From: Ascidiella aspersa
Lineage: Eukaryota
NCBI GenBank assembly: GCA_963924565.1
Contig: OZ004610.1
Coordinates: forward strand, 34,906,001 to 34,970,000
Reading direction: 5' to 3'
Length of the DNA stretch: 64,000 nucleotides
The notes under the pieces are model-generated. The model saw only the letters and a list, made by a program, of their open reading frames with translations, did no database searches and was not told the DNA's origin. Shown one piece after another: positions 26,801 through 39,600 of the stretch (position 1 is its first letter; each line of letters starts with the position of its first letter). The position numbers and the translations under genes were made by a program.

Positions 26801-28060
26801 AAAAAATTGTTTTTCTTTCAACATTAAGAATATAGCTTTTAAGAAACGTTATTTTTATGTTAATAACGTATTTGAGTTAAATTTGCAATAGATAAAAACT
26901 GCACAGCTGTCGTATTTCAGTTAAATTCGCTTTAACTAAAAGGAACAAATTTCACAGCTGAATGATTTGTGCTTACAACGTTGTCTTTTCAGGACTCTGC
27001 CATCTCTTGCGTTCAGTTTGTTCAGTGTTCCACTGTCCGATATTGTTGACGAGGATATGAAAATATATTCAAGGAAGTAAGTTTAGGTCAACTTTACCCT
27101 ATCGAACATTTATTAATTCCTCCTAAACACAATTATAAATTTTGTGCTGGAAGTGTTTAAATTGAAAAATTACCAGATTTTCAAACATCGTTTAATGTTG
27201 ATATATGTTTGCAGAGCGCCTCAGTCGTCGATGGTGTTTGGAACGAATGCTTTGATCACGAAACCTGCCAACTCACTCGCTCCAATGATGGTGGTCGCCA
27301 TCCTCAACAAGTAAGTCCAACTAACACCTGCCTGGCAGGTTTGTGGCCCAAAGCATTTTCGCTTCTCACTTGAGATTGTGGTTCCACCTTACTCTAATTA
27401 AGAGAGCTTTCCGTGCTCGAGGCCAATTCTACAAACTACTGGGCCAAGCAGTTAAAATAATAAGTTCATGTTCAGATTCGTTTCACACATTGCATTTTCC
27501 GGCAAACCATATATATTTTTTTGCCATTTTGAGCTGTTTACAGCTGTTTTTTTGCCATTTTGAGCTGTTACAGCTGCTTGAATTGTTACGACACAGTTGA
27601 AGTATTGTGTAATTATAATTTATTACGCATTAAGCAGTTGGCTTTTTGTAAATAGCTTTGGTGAATTTGCATGTTTGGTATTTAATGTTTAATGTTTAAT
27701 TGACCTTATGCTTTTTTACCATTTCACCGAAGCGCCAAATAACCTTAGTGTACTTGAACTGTGCAATGTGGGTTTATTTAATGTGCGCTTTGTATCTCTT
27801 GTCAAGTGTATTTGCTCGATGTTCTGCATGTAGCCACTATAACGTTGTAACCCTCTATTACCGCCAGTTATGGATACGAGCAACTTAAGGATCTCTCCAG
27901 CGAACCAACTTCGACGGATTCCCTTCAAGTTCTTCACTCCGTCATGTTCTCTCTTCTCTGTTTCATTCCAATCGTCGTCTCACTTCTGCAATGTGTCATC
28001 TGGAGCTTCTACGGCTTGAAGAACAGCCACTCGCTCGAGGCAAAGTACACAGAGTCCTGA
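23808..28060 (+). CDS. MFSD13A: MFS-type transmembrane protein MFSD13A/TMEM180, multi-exon
   Basis: Exon 1 (23808-23945) MFHRNAVAFSAINLASSLMNSVFFFYYVKLFLDQY. Later exons give VIYMLWNAINDPLFGYFQD, FLLPWFPW, LCAYDAMLTFVLLAQCALFTE, NFFVFVIMNFFQ and SSMVFGTNALITKPANSLAPM. Stop TGA at 28058-28060. Confidence 0.88.
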
Positions 28061-30666
28061 CAACTTTGCACAACTTGTTTCACCTTCAACTTCTCGCTTA
28101 GCATATTTAAAGAGGTGCAGCGCTGTGGGAACGGTGTTGCCCTTCTTCTATAGATGCCCATTGTGAATTATTTCAACAGTCGTGTATAAATTTTATGGCT
28201 GTATGTTTTATAATAACTGCGTATGAAGTTGTAGCCTTACATATAAATTTTACATTCACAATATTTATTTATATTTTAGTAAAATCATAGTTTAGTTAGG
28301 GTCTGAACTAAACTTTAAACCGAGTTTGTTTTGCAACTTGCAATACGTAAGTATCTCACACGAAGCATACGCTTCCTTCATTTATTTTATTGAAACTATG
28401 GTGTTTTGATCCATTGTGTTGTACCACTGATCAGGAAACAAACCAACCCGTTCATTGCACTACTTCCAGCGCACTTATATATGGCTTCTCATGTATTCCA
28501 CTCTACAATATTGTTTTAGCATCCACAATGTTTGGATATAATGAAATTTAAGTTGTTGCCAACACTCGTTTTTATTATGATGTTTGACTTATTAATCCTC
28601 GTTAAAAGTTTTTTGCTGAGTTTTAGTTTGCGCTTTAGCTTTATTTGTTTGTTACTGGGCTTAATATGCTCCAACAAAGCACCTAACTCAATATACCTCG
28701 GAACACCTTCTTTAATTAGTTTAACCAACTTTAAAGGCTGACATTAAACAGGTACCCTGCTTTGAATTTATTTCCGCCAGTTTTGTTCAATGCAGTGCCT
28801 TTCAATTATATTTTATCGTAATATTTTGTGAAGTTTCGTGATTATTATTGCACGAGAAACATTTATCAATTATCCCGCTTGGCAGTTTAATAAATGTGCG
28901 TGGTACAATTAAATATTGATGATGTATGTTGTAAAAGCAAGTAGGAATTTCTGTGTTTATCAAAAAGTTAAATTTAGTATTAATAGAAGATCCGAAATTA
29001 CTGCTGTTTTTCAATTGTAAAATAATACGTTTAACAAAAATCATTGTACGTATTAGATTGTTAAAGACCAGGCACAGTTACCGGGTAACGAGTAAGTTTT
29101 GTCACACGAACAGAATTGTTTTCAAAACAGTTTAATGTCCTTGATGTTTAGGGTCCACTGATAAGTTATGACTCGTGAAAAACACCAGGCATTATGCAAA
29201 GTAGTTCCTAATAAGATAAATCTTTTGAATCTAATTTGAAACGGTGTTTGACGTTAGTTACCTCTCTATCCCTACCTAGCGGTTACGATTTTCAGGATTT
29301 TCTAACTTTCCGTAAACTTGACACGTATTCTATTGTGTGATTCCGACATTTTAGTTTTAATTTGACTGCAATCGATATTCTAAGAAACGTTCGATTGTTT
29401 TATTCCAAAAATGAAGCGTAAAACTAGTTTTTGTTTGGTTTCTATTTGTGATTACCATTAAATAGCCTCAGGCTGTATTTCTACTTCTTAGTAATAAAAG
29501 GTAGCTACAAACCTGGAAATTATCAAAAATTGAACAACAGTTTTGTTTGCAGTTAATTGTTTAGTTGATCAAGGCAATTTGTTTTCAAACTTATAAAATC
29601 CACCACAACTTTTTGCCCAAAACTGTCAATGAATTGTAAGTATTCTATGGTTCTAGTAGTTGACGAAAAAGTTTAGAAAATATGTGACGTCACTGAAATA
29701 ACGAGAGCTTTAAAGATGAAATACTTAGTTTTGTTTGTTTCGAGCGAAGCAGGTGAACATTTAAACTAAAAAAAAAAGCCAATGGCTTTACTAAACAGCC
29801 TTACTCTTTAGTTTCATTGTCGCCAAATCAAAAAAACAGAAAAACAAAAAAAACATGAACTTAATAAGATATACGTATTTGAAAACATAAATGGTTAAAT
29901 ATTGCGTTGGCAGAAACATTATCGGGAAAAGTTAACTTTAAACAAGTTTTTAGTTTAATATCGTTGCTGTCTGTAAGTAAAGTGACTAAAGAATCGGAAT
30001 AAATAAAACGTTGGAATAGTTGAACAGTTCAGAAACTTGAAGCAGCACGTTATGAGCAGAATTTAGAAAAGCTAAACTTATCACCCATGAAAGCGTATTT
30101 AAAGAAATCGTGACACCAGTCAATATACAGGAATACATTTTACCAATATAGCATAAATAGGAATAAGTAAAAGCAGACAAAATTAAAAGATAATAAATCT
30201 TAAGACGTTTTAATGGAGCATAGATTTTATTTTTTGTTGCATAAGACTGAAGCTTTTTTAAAAGACTAGTATTGAATATGTACTGTACTACTGCTCACTA
30301 ATATTTGCCAATTTTAATTTAAAGCTCATTTTGTAATTAATTGCTTTCTTTTGTATTATTTATTGTGGATTTAAGTGTTGTTTATGTAAACAGTTCAAAA
30401 TTAAATATTTTTTGCACTGTTCTGTTAATGTTAATGTCAGTCATTTTATAAGATATGTTAAAAAGAAATGCATTGTCTGAATATTTTTTTTCGTTGTCGT
30501 CTTTAACCGACAAAGTTGAGGCAATCTGTAAATATCTTGTTCAGACTTTGTATGTTTAAATTTATCTTTGTATGTTTCTATCACATTGTATGATTTAGCA
30601 GTTGCTAACTTAATTTAAAAAGTATTAATTGAGATTAAGACTTCATTCAATCAAATCATCCTTGAA

Positions 30667-33600
30667 ATGCTTCATGGAAGCAACAAAAGCTTCCAAACAA
30701 AGTTAATCAATGCTCCAAAGTTGGTAAAAATCTTGATTTTATGTTTCCTTCTTGCTCAAACCACAAATGGACAACATTTCCACAACGAATGGGCCGTAGA
30801 AATCATTGGGGATGAAAACAACGCAAATGAAGTTGCTGACGCCCATGGATTCATTAACATGGGAAAGGTACTAAAGTAATTTAATTTAAAAAAAATATAA
30901 CTATCTTGTATAATAGTGTTTTTCACTTAATATTAATTAATAATTTATGAAATCTTGATTAAATTTGTAGATTTTGCAAAGTGGAAACTTTTATCGTTTT
31001 TCCCACCCTCACGTTAGCAAACGTTCATTGGAAAGCAGCTCAGAACATCATTTAAACCTTGTTTCTCATGAAAAAGTGAGTTGTTGTATCATCTTTATTA
31101 TTGTATATAAAACGCGCTTAATTTTGTATAATCTACTTGACTTGAATTTGGGTTGTTTTGATGGAGTTGTTGTTAAATAACATACATTTCCAGTCAAAAA
31201 TAGTTTTTAGATGTCCATTATGGATGGTCAGACCCAACAAATTTTGTATTTTGTCTTAAATATTATTTTTCTCGTTTCTTTAATAATGTGAAAAAGTTGT
31301 ATTCTGTAAATATTGTCTCCGGTGACGTTAGTTCATTACAAGTATTTTGTGGAGCATAATGGTTGGAGGTTGTAGTAAGACGTAATAAGAATATCAAAGC
31401 CCATACAGAAGTAGGTATCATTTTGAACGTTTCGAATAACTCTTTATTCATTTTCAACATCCATTTCAACATGATGTTGAAAATGAATAAAGAGTTATAT
31501 ATTCGAAACGTTCAAAATGATACCTACTTCTGTATGGGCTTTGATATTCTTATTACAAGTATTTTTGTTTTGTGAAAAGTCTACGAAAATTTGCTAAGAT
31601 TTATTTTGTAGTACTTTTTATTTTAGTGATGTTAATGTAAATAATAATAAATAAATAATACTTTCTAAAAATGGAAAACAAAATTTGGCACAGTTATAAA
31701 TAATAGATCTTTTAAATATAAACATTTGTCCGAACTAAATTTTGAGTTGCATATGCTTTAATTGCCAAATGTTAAAAATGTTTAACCTTTGCACAAAAGT
31801 AATTGGGCATTTTTGATCTCACAGAGAGAGGATCGTATTTGCAATAAAATGTGGCTTTGGGTAATAAGGCTGGTTTAAATATGAATAATTCAGGAAGGTC
31901 AGATGCCTCATCTCATAACTTTACACACACACGATGCCTCAGGCTAAATACTATATTATAATTTTGCAATTTCCCAGAACTAATTAAATTTAAATTGTTC
32001 TGGAAGCAAGATATTGACCAGGTAATCCCGAACTTACCTGTCACCGTTTGTGTGCAAGTAAATGCCCCCCTGATAATAAGTCGTCTATCAGAATTCCCAG
32101 GTGCGATTTTTGCCGGTATGACGTAACAAAGGGACGCGAGCGCTGTCTGTGGGAAATCCAGGTTTCGCGCGTTTGTGGGAAACCATCTTTCAAGGTCACT
32201 TAGGCCGTCAAGGTCGCTGAGGGTATTGCACAACAATCGATATTTGTTTGAATTGTCGCGCGTTCTACTTAACGCCCATTTAGCGAGCTGCTAATGAGCT
32301 CTGATTGAAACCAGAACATTATTACGCTTCGTTTTTGTTCGTAGTCGCCAAACAAAATAAAACCGCATCTCGCAGCTAATTATTTAATGAAGAATTTATT
32401 GGTGACTTCGCCCTTGCTGTGTAAGTTTGCTGAAGATTCTTGCGTTGATAAGTTGTTTATTGATCGAAGTTTTGGCCCAACAACCGCTTAGTGTCCCAAA
32501 CCCGCGCTAATTAACCAAACTTGTTTACACTTGTCTCGTGGTATTTTCGTTCAGCGAATTCCTGCCGCTGAATAATTCATGTTTTCACATTTTTGTTCTT
32601 TTGGAAGCTAATTGGGTTCCTTGGAGCCGATAGATAATGTTCTTACGTTGGAAGGATGTATGTTAATGGTAAACGGAACAAGATGTCAGACGTATTGTCT
32701 GCTGCCTTGTATTGTGTGTACTATATGTGTGATTTGTATGCACAGCTGTTTTATTCTGTGCAAACAATAGATTGTACACACTGTACAAATTGATTGTCGT
32801 GTCAGCTGGCCATCATCGTGATTGAAAATTTAACCTCAATATCAAGATAGTTGAGTTAATTATTCGCAAGAATTCTGCACAACCTTTTTGCTTCCGAACG
32901 GAATACTTTAATTTGTGGTAATTTCCCCAAATACGATATGGCCTGGGCCTATGACGTCACAATGCGACACGTAGCTATCTTATGTCGCGATCGTTTGTCT
33001 GAACACACGAAGCACAAATCTTAGAGGTTGTGCAGTTTCTTTGGCAAACTATTTGTGGTCCACTTTGCTGGTCCCATTAAGCACAACCGGCCCATTGTTA
33101 CATCACAATGCTTGGTTGCTCGTGGAAAGATTGCTCAGACCATTTCGTTTCCAACATTACCAGCAAGTTCATTGTCTACATGCAATTGTGAAATATTCAC
33201 GGTAGGTTGTATTGAAACTGAAAACATTTTTAAACACTTGATATGTAGATGGTTCAGTTTCGACTTAACATTTTAAATTTAAATCGTTTGCAAATCGCAT
33301 TTCCAGCTATATCTGTAAAGTTATCGTTTAAAAAGTATTTTTTGCGTAAGAAACTTGAAAATATTGTGAACTAAGTTACATTTCCACATAAACTCGGTGA
33401 ACATGCTTTAAACATATGATGCCATTTATACATTGTTGGATTGAAATATGTTTGCGATGATAAATAGATTGTGTGACTTGTTATGTTTCAAAGTTCGAGC
33501 GACAATAGGCGGTAGTGACGTGTCAATGGCGATTGTGTGTCATCAAGCAGAAATGCCTGTAATTGCCACAGCAACACTAGTTTTGAACAATTGTTTTGTT

Positions 33601-36600
33601 GCAGGTTGCTTGGGCGGAACAGCAAGTGGCAAAAGTTAGAAGAAAACGAGATTTGGTGGAGCTTGGTCGAAGCCACTTTCCTAACGACCCACTGTGGGGA
33701 CAAACCTGGTACTTGGTGAGCTCAACTTAATAATGTGCTCACATGTCTGTGTGTAACCCGACCCCTTCAAGTTTGGGGGGGATTACTGGGGTATATTCAG
33801 CTCACGATCCCGGTAATTGAGGCGCAGCTAGCCAACCCGAGGCCTCGGTAATCTGCACAAAGTGACTTTCTCCCAACTTAGTCTGCTATTTCGCCCAAAG
33901 TGAAGTCACGCTTGGGTGGGTCGCTAAAGTAGGGACGTGATATTCCAGCATCTTAGAATGCTGACAACACTAAGACATTAAATGACGTTCCGTTGATTAA
34001 ATCTAGTGCCAGCTGTGCCAATAGTAGATTGCTATCGTGCAAATATTCCCCTCATATTTGTTGGTTAACGTTAGCCGGGCTTTGATTGACAGGTCATTTA
34101 TCAACCGCACACCTGTTGCCATCCAAGCTGGAAAGTTAAACCAATGCCACGTTTTAAGTTTCCTGCGTTTCTTGTCACATTTTTGTCGGATCACTTGTAC
34201 AATCAGCGAAACAATTTGTCCCGGGGCTAAAAACACAACAAGCCAGAAAGCTTTTATGTTAGGTGGAGAAACTGGGGGGATTAGGAATGAGGTTATGGTG
34301 TAAATTATTAAGTCAAAATACACCAAACAAACGATAAATAAAATATCAAAACCAGTCAATTGCTTGTCGTTGTTCTACTTTCCATATTAAATGTCGCCGG
34401 TTGAACGTAATATTACTCTGTGCATTGAAACAACCTCAGGCGTTTGTTTTTCTTGGTAAATAGTCGCCAGAGGATGTTATCCGACACACACTGGTTTGAT
34501 TCCTGTTTTCTGCTAAATAATACGTTTATCCATCGGCGTAAGCTAAACGTCCCAGTCATATCTGCCTGTAAACCTCCTTATGGTAAATGGGATGGCATTG
34601 TATGTCCCACATACAATCTATCTTTGTATAAAATTATTTTTCATTCTACTCACAGCATTGCTCCCTAACTTTAAGGCACTTACTTATTTTAGGCCTTACG
34701 CATGTTACACCAACCTTACCCAAAATGACAGTGTTATTCACACCCGTAAGTTCGTGTAACCCCATATACTAGTTGTATGCCCCCCCTAACCCCATATACC
34801 CCTGTTTTTAGCTCCCCAGTAAGAAACCAAGCATGCGTGTAGTTGAGGCCTGGGAAAGGGGATTCACCGGTAAGAACGTTGCAGTGACGATATTGGACGA
34901 TGGAATTGAATACACGCATCCTGACCTCGAAAAGAACTACGTAAGTTGTGGGGTAAAGTAGGGGAGTTTGGGTTAAAGTAGGGGGTTGTCGGGTAAAATA
35001 GGGGGGTGTGGGGTAAAGTAGGGGGTGTGGGGTAAAGTGGGGGAGTTTGGGGTAAAGTAGGGGAGTTTGGGGTAAAGTAGGGGGGTGTGGGGTAAAGTAG
35101 GGGGTGTGGGGTAAAGTGGGGGGTGTGGGGTTAAGTAGGGGGGTGTGGGGTAAAGTAGGGGGTTGTCGGGTAAAATAGGGGGTGTGGGGTAAAGTAGGGG
35201 GTGTGGGGTAAAGTAGGGGAGTTTGGGGTAAAGTAGGGGGGTGTGGGGTAAAGTAGGGGGTGTGGGGTAAAGTGGGGGGTGTGGGGTTAAGTAGGGGGGT
35301 GTGGGGTAAAGTAGGGGGTGTGGGGTAAAGTGGGGGGTGTGGGGTTAAGTAGGGGGGTGTGGGGTAAAGTAGGGGGTGTGGGGTAAAGTGGGGGGTGTGG
35401 GGTTAAGTAGGGGGGTGTGGGGTAAAGTAGGGGGTTGTCGGGTAAAGTAGGGGGGTGTGTGGTAAAGTAGGGGGTGTGGGGTTAAGTAGGGGGGTGTGGG
35501 GTAAAGTAGGGGGGTGTGGGGTAAAGTAGGGGGGTTGAGGTAAAGTAGGGGGTGTGGGGTAAAGTGGGGGGTGTGGGGTAAAGTGGGGGGTGTGGGGTAA
35601 AGTAGGGGGGTGTGGGGTAAAGTAGGGGGGTGTGTGGTAAAGTAGGGGGTGTGGGGTTAAGTAGGGGGGTGTGGGGTAAAGTAGGGGGGTGTGGGGTAAA
35701 GTAGGGGGTGTGGGGTTAGGTGGGGGGGTGTGGGGTAAAGTAGGGGGGTCTGGGGTAAAGTAGGGGGGTTGAGGTAAAGTAGGGGGGTGTGGGGTAAAGT
35801 GGGGGGTGTGGGGTAAAGTAGGGGGGTGTGGGGTAAAGTAGGGGGGTGTGGGGTAAAGTAGGGGGTGTGGGGTAAAGTAGGGGGGTGTGGGCTAAAGTAG
35901 GGGGGTGTGGGGTAAAGACGTTGATGTTGTTCTTACTTCGGTTTTATGGCTGGAGTCCGGTATAACTTGTTAAACTAAAGACGTCCATTGTTTCGTCACA
36001 GTACCCTGGCGCTTCCGGTGACATCAACGGGAACGACGATGACCCGATCCCAAGGTTAAACCCCAGCGATGAGAACAAACACGGGACGCGATGCGCAGGA
36101 GAAGTCGCCGCCCAAGCAGACAATGGAGTTTGCAGCGTCGGCGTCGCGTATAACGCCAGGATCGGGGGTAGGTCGCATATAACGGCAGAATCGAGGGTAG
36201 GTTGCGTATAACGGCAGGATCGGGGGTAGGTCGCGTATAACGGCATGATCGAGGGTAGGTGGCGTATAACGGCAGGATCGAGGGTAGGTGGCGTATAACG
36301 GCAGGATCGGGGGTAGGTCGCGTATAACGGCAGGATCGAGGGTAGGTGGCATATAACGGCAGAATCGAGGGTAGGTGGCGTATAACGGCAGGATCGAGGG
36401 TAGGTGGCGTATAACGGCAGGATCGAGGGTAGGTGGCGTATAACGGCAGGATCGGGGGTAGGTCGCATATAACGGCAGGATCGAGGGTAGGTGGCGTATA
36501 ACGGCAGGATCGAGGGTAGGTGGCGTATAACGGCAGGATCGGGGGTAGGTCGCATATAACGGCTGGATCGAGGGTAGGTGGCGTATAACGGCAGGATCGA

Positions 36601-39600
36601 GGGTAGGTGGCGTATAACGGCAGGATCGGGGGTAGGTCGCATATAACGGCAGAATCGAGGGTAGGTGGCGTATAACGGCAGGATCGAGGGTAGGTTGCGT
36701 ATAACGGCAGGATCGGGGGTAGGTGGCGTATAACGGCAGGATCGAGGGTAGGTGGCGTATAACGGCAGGATCGGGGGTAGGTCGCGTATAACGGCAGGAT
36801 CGAGGGTAGGTGGCATATAACGGCAGAATCGAGGGTAGGTGGCGTATAACGGCAGGATCGAGGGTAGGTTGCGTATAACGGCAGGATCGGGGGTAGGTCG
36901 CATATAACGGCAGAATCGAGGGTAGGTGGCGTATAACGGCAGGATCGAGGGTAGGTGGCGTATAACGGCAGGATCGAGGGTAGGTGGCGTATAACGGCAG
37001 GATCGGGGGTAGGTCGCGTATAACGGCAGGATCGAGGGTAGGTGGCATATAACGGCAGAATCGAGGGTAGGTGGCGTATAACGGCAGGATCGAGGGTAGG
37101 TTGCGTATAACGGCAGGATCGGGGGTAGGTCGCATATAACGGCAGAATCGAGGGTAGGTGGCGTATAACGGCAGGATCGAGGGTAGGTTGCGTATAACGG
37201 CAGGATCGGGGGTAGGTCGCATATAACGGCAGAATCGAGGGTAGGTGGCGTATAACGGCAGGATCGGGGGTAGGTCGCGTATAACGGCAGGATCGGGGGT
37301 AGGTCGCATATAACGGCAGAATCGAGGGTAGGTGGCGTATAACGGCAGGATCGAGGGTAGGTTGCGTATAACGGCAGGATCGGGGGTAGGTCGCATATAA
37401 CGGCAGAATCGAGGGTAGGTGGCGTATAACGGCAGGATCGGGGGTAGGTGGCGTATAACGGCAGGATCGAGGGTAGGTTGCGTATAACGGCAGGATCGGG
37501 GGTAGGTCGCGTATAACGGCATGATCGAGGGTAGGTGGCGTATAACGGCAGGATCGGGGGTAGGTCGCGTATAACGGCAGGATCGAGGGTAGGTTGCGTA
37601 TAACGGCAGGATCGGGGGTAGGTCGCATATAACGGCAGAATCGAGGGTAGGTGGCGTATAACGGCAGGATCGAGGGTAGGTTGCGTATAACGGCAGGATC
37701 GGGGGTAGGTCGCATATAACGGCAGAATCGAGGGTAGGTGGCGTATAACGGCAGGATCGGGGGTAGGTCGCGTATAACGGCAGGATCGAGGGTAGGTGGC
37801 GTATAACGGCAGGATCGGGGGTAGGTCGCATATAACGGCAGGATCGAGGGTAGGTGGCGTATAACGGCAGGATCGAGGGTAGGTGGCGTATAACGGCAGG
37901 ATCGGGGGTAGGTCGCATATAACGGCAGGATCGAGGGTAGGTGGCGTATAACGGCAGGATCGAGGGTAGGTGGCGTATAACGGCAGGATCGGGGGTAGGT
38001 CGCATATAACGGCTGGATCGAGGGTAGGTGGCGTATAACGGCAGGATCGAGGGTAGGTGGCGTATAACGCCAGGATCGGGGGGGTAGGCGGCATATAACG
38101 GCAGGATCGAGGGTAGGTGGCGTATAACGGCAGGATCGGGGGTAGGTCGCGTATAACGGCAGGATCGAGGGTAGGTGGCGTATAGCGGCAGGATCGGGGG
38201 TAGGTGGCGTATAGCGGCAGGATCGGGGGTAGGTGGCGTATAACGCCAGGATCGGGGGTAGGCGGCATATAACGGCAGGATCGAGGGTAGGCGGCGTATA
38301 ACGGCAGTATCGGGGGTAGGTGGCGTATAACGGCAGGATCGAGGGTAGGTGGCGTATAACGCCAGGATCGGGGGTAGGTCGCGTATAACGGCAGTATCGG
38401 GGGTAGGTGGCGTATAACGGCAGGATCGGGGGTAGGTGGCGTATGATCGAGGGTAGGCGGCGTATAACGGCAGGATCGAGGGTAGGTGGCGTATAACGCC
38501 AGGATCGGGGGTAGGTGGCGTATAACGGCAGGATCGAGGGTAGGCGGCGTATAACGGCAGGATCGAGGGTAGGTCGCGTATAACGGCAGGATCGGGGGTA
38601 GGTGGCGTATAACGGCAGTATCGGGGGTAGGTGGCGTATGATCGAGGGTAGGCGGCGTATAACGGCAGGATCGAGGGTAGGTGGCGTATAACTCCAGGAT
38701 CGGGGGTAGGTGGCGTATAACGGCAGGATCGGGGGTAGGTGGCGTATAACGGCAGGATCGAGGGTAGGCGGCGTATAACGGCAGGATCGAGGGTAGGTCG
38801 CGTATAACGGCAGGATCGGGGGTAGGTGGTGCGTATAACGGCAGGATCGGGGTAGGTGGCGTATAACGAAAGGATCGGGGGTTGGTCGCGTATAACGCCA
38901 GGATCGAGGGTAGGTGGTGCGTATAACGCCAGGATCGGGGGTAGGTGGCGTATAACGGCAGGATCGGGGGTAGGTGGCGTATAACGACAGGATCGGGGGT
39001 AGGTCGCGTATAACGCCAGGATCGAGGGTAGGTGGTGCGTATAACGCCAGGATCGGGGGTAGGTGGCGTATAACGGCAGGATCGGGGTAGGTGGCGTATA
39101 ACGACAGGATCGGGGTAGGTGGCGTATAACGACAGGATCGGGGGTAGGTCGCGTATAACGGCATGATCGAGGGTAGGTGGCGTATAACGGTAGGATCGGG
39201 GGTAGGTGGCGTATAACGGCAGGATCGAGGGTAGGTGGCGTATAACGCCAGGATCGAGGGTAGGTGGTGCGTATAACGCCAGGATCGGGGGTAGGTGGCG
39301 TATAACGGCAGGATCGGGGGTAGGTGGCGTATAACGGCAGGATCGGGGGTAGGTGGCGTATAACGACAGGATCGGGGGTAGGTCGCGTATAACGCCAGGA
39401 TCGGGGGTAGGTCGCGTATAACGCCGGGATCTGGGATAGGTCGCATGTTGGACGGCCCAGTCGATTTTATTTGTTGTTTGTGTGCAGGTGTTCGCATGTT
39501 GGACGGCCCAGTCGATTTATTTGTTGTTTGTGTGCAGGTGTTCGCATGTTGGACGGCCCGGTTACTGACGCGGTTGAAGCAGCTTCGATTGGTTTGAAAC

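Noticed and set aside
35944-39497. Three long minus-strand ORFs (774, 1157 and 649 aa)
   Set aside because: Artefact of a 29-bp unit with no stop codon on the minus strand. All three frames give the same 29-aa periodic peptide, and the region is a furin intron.
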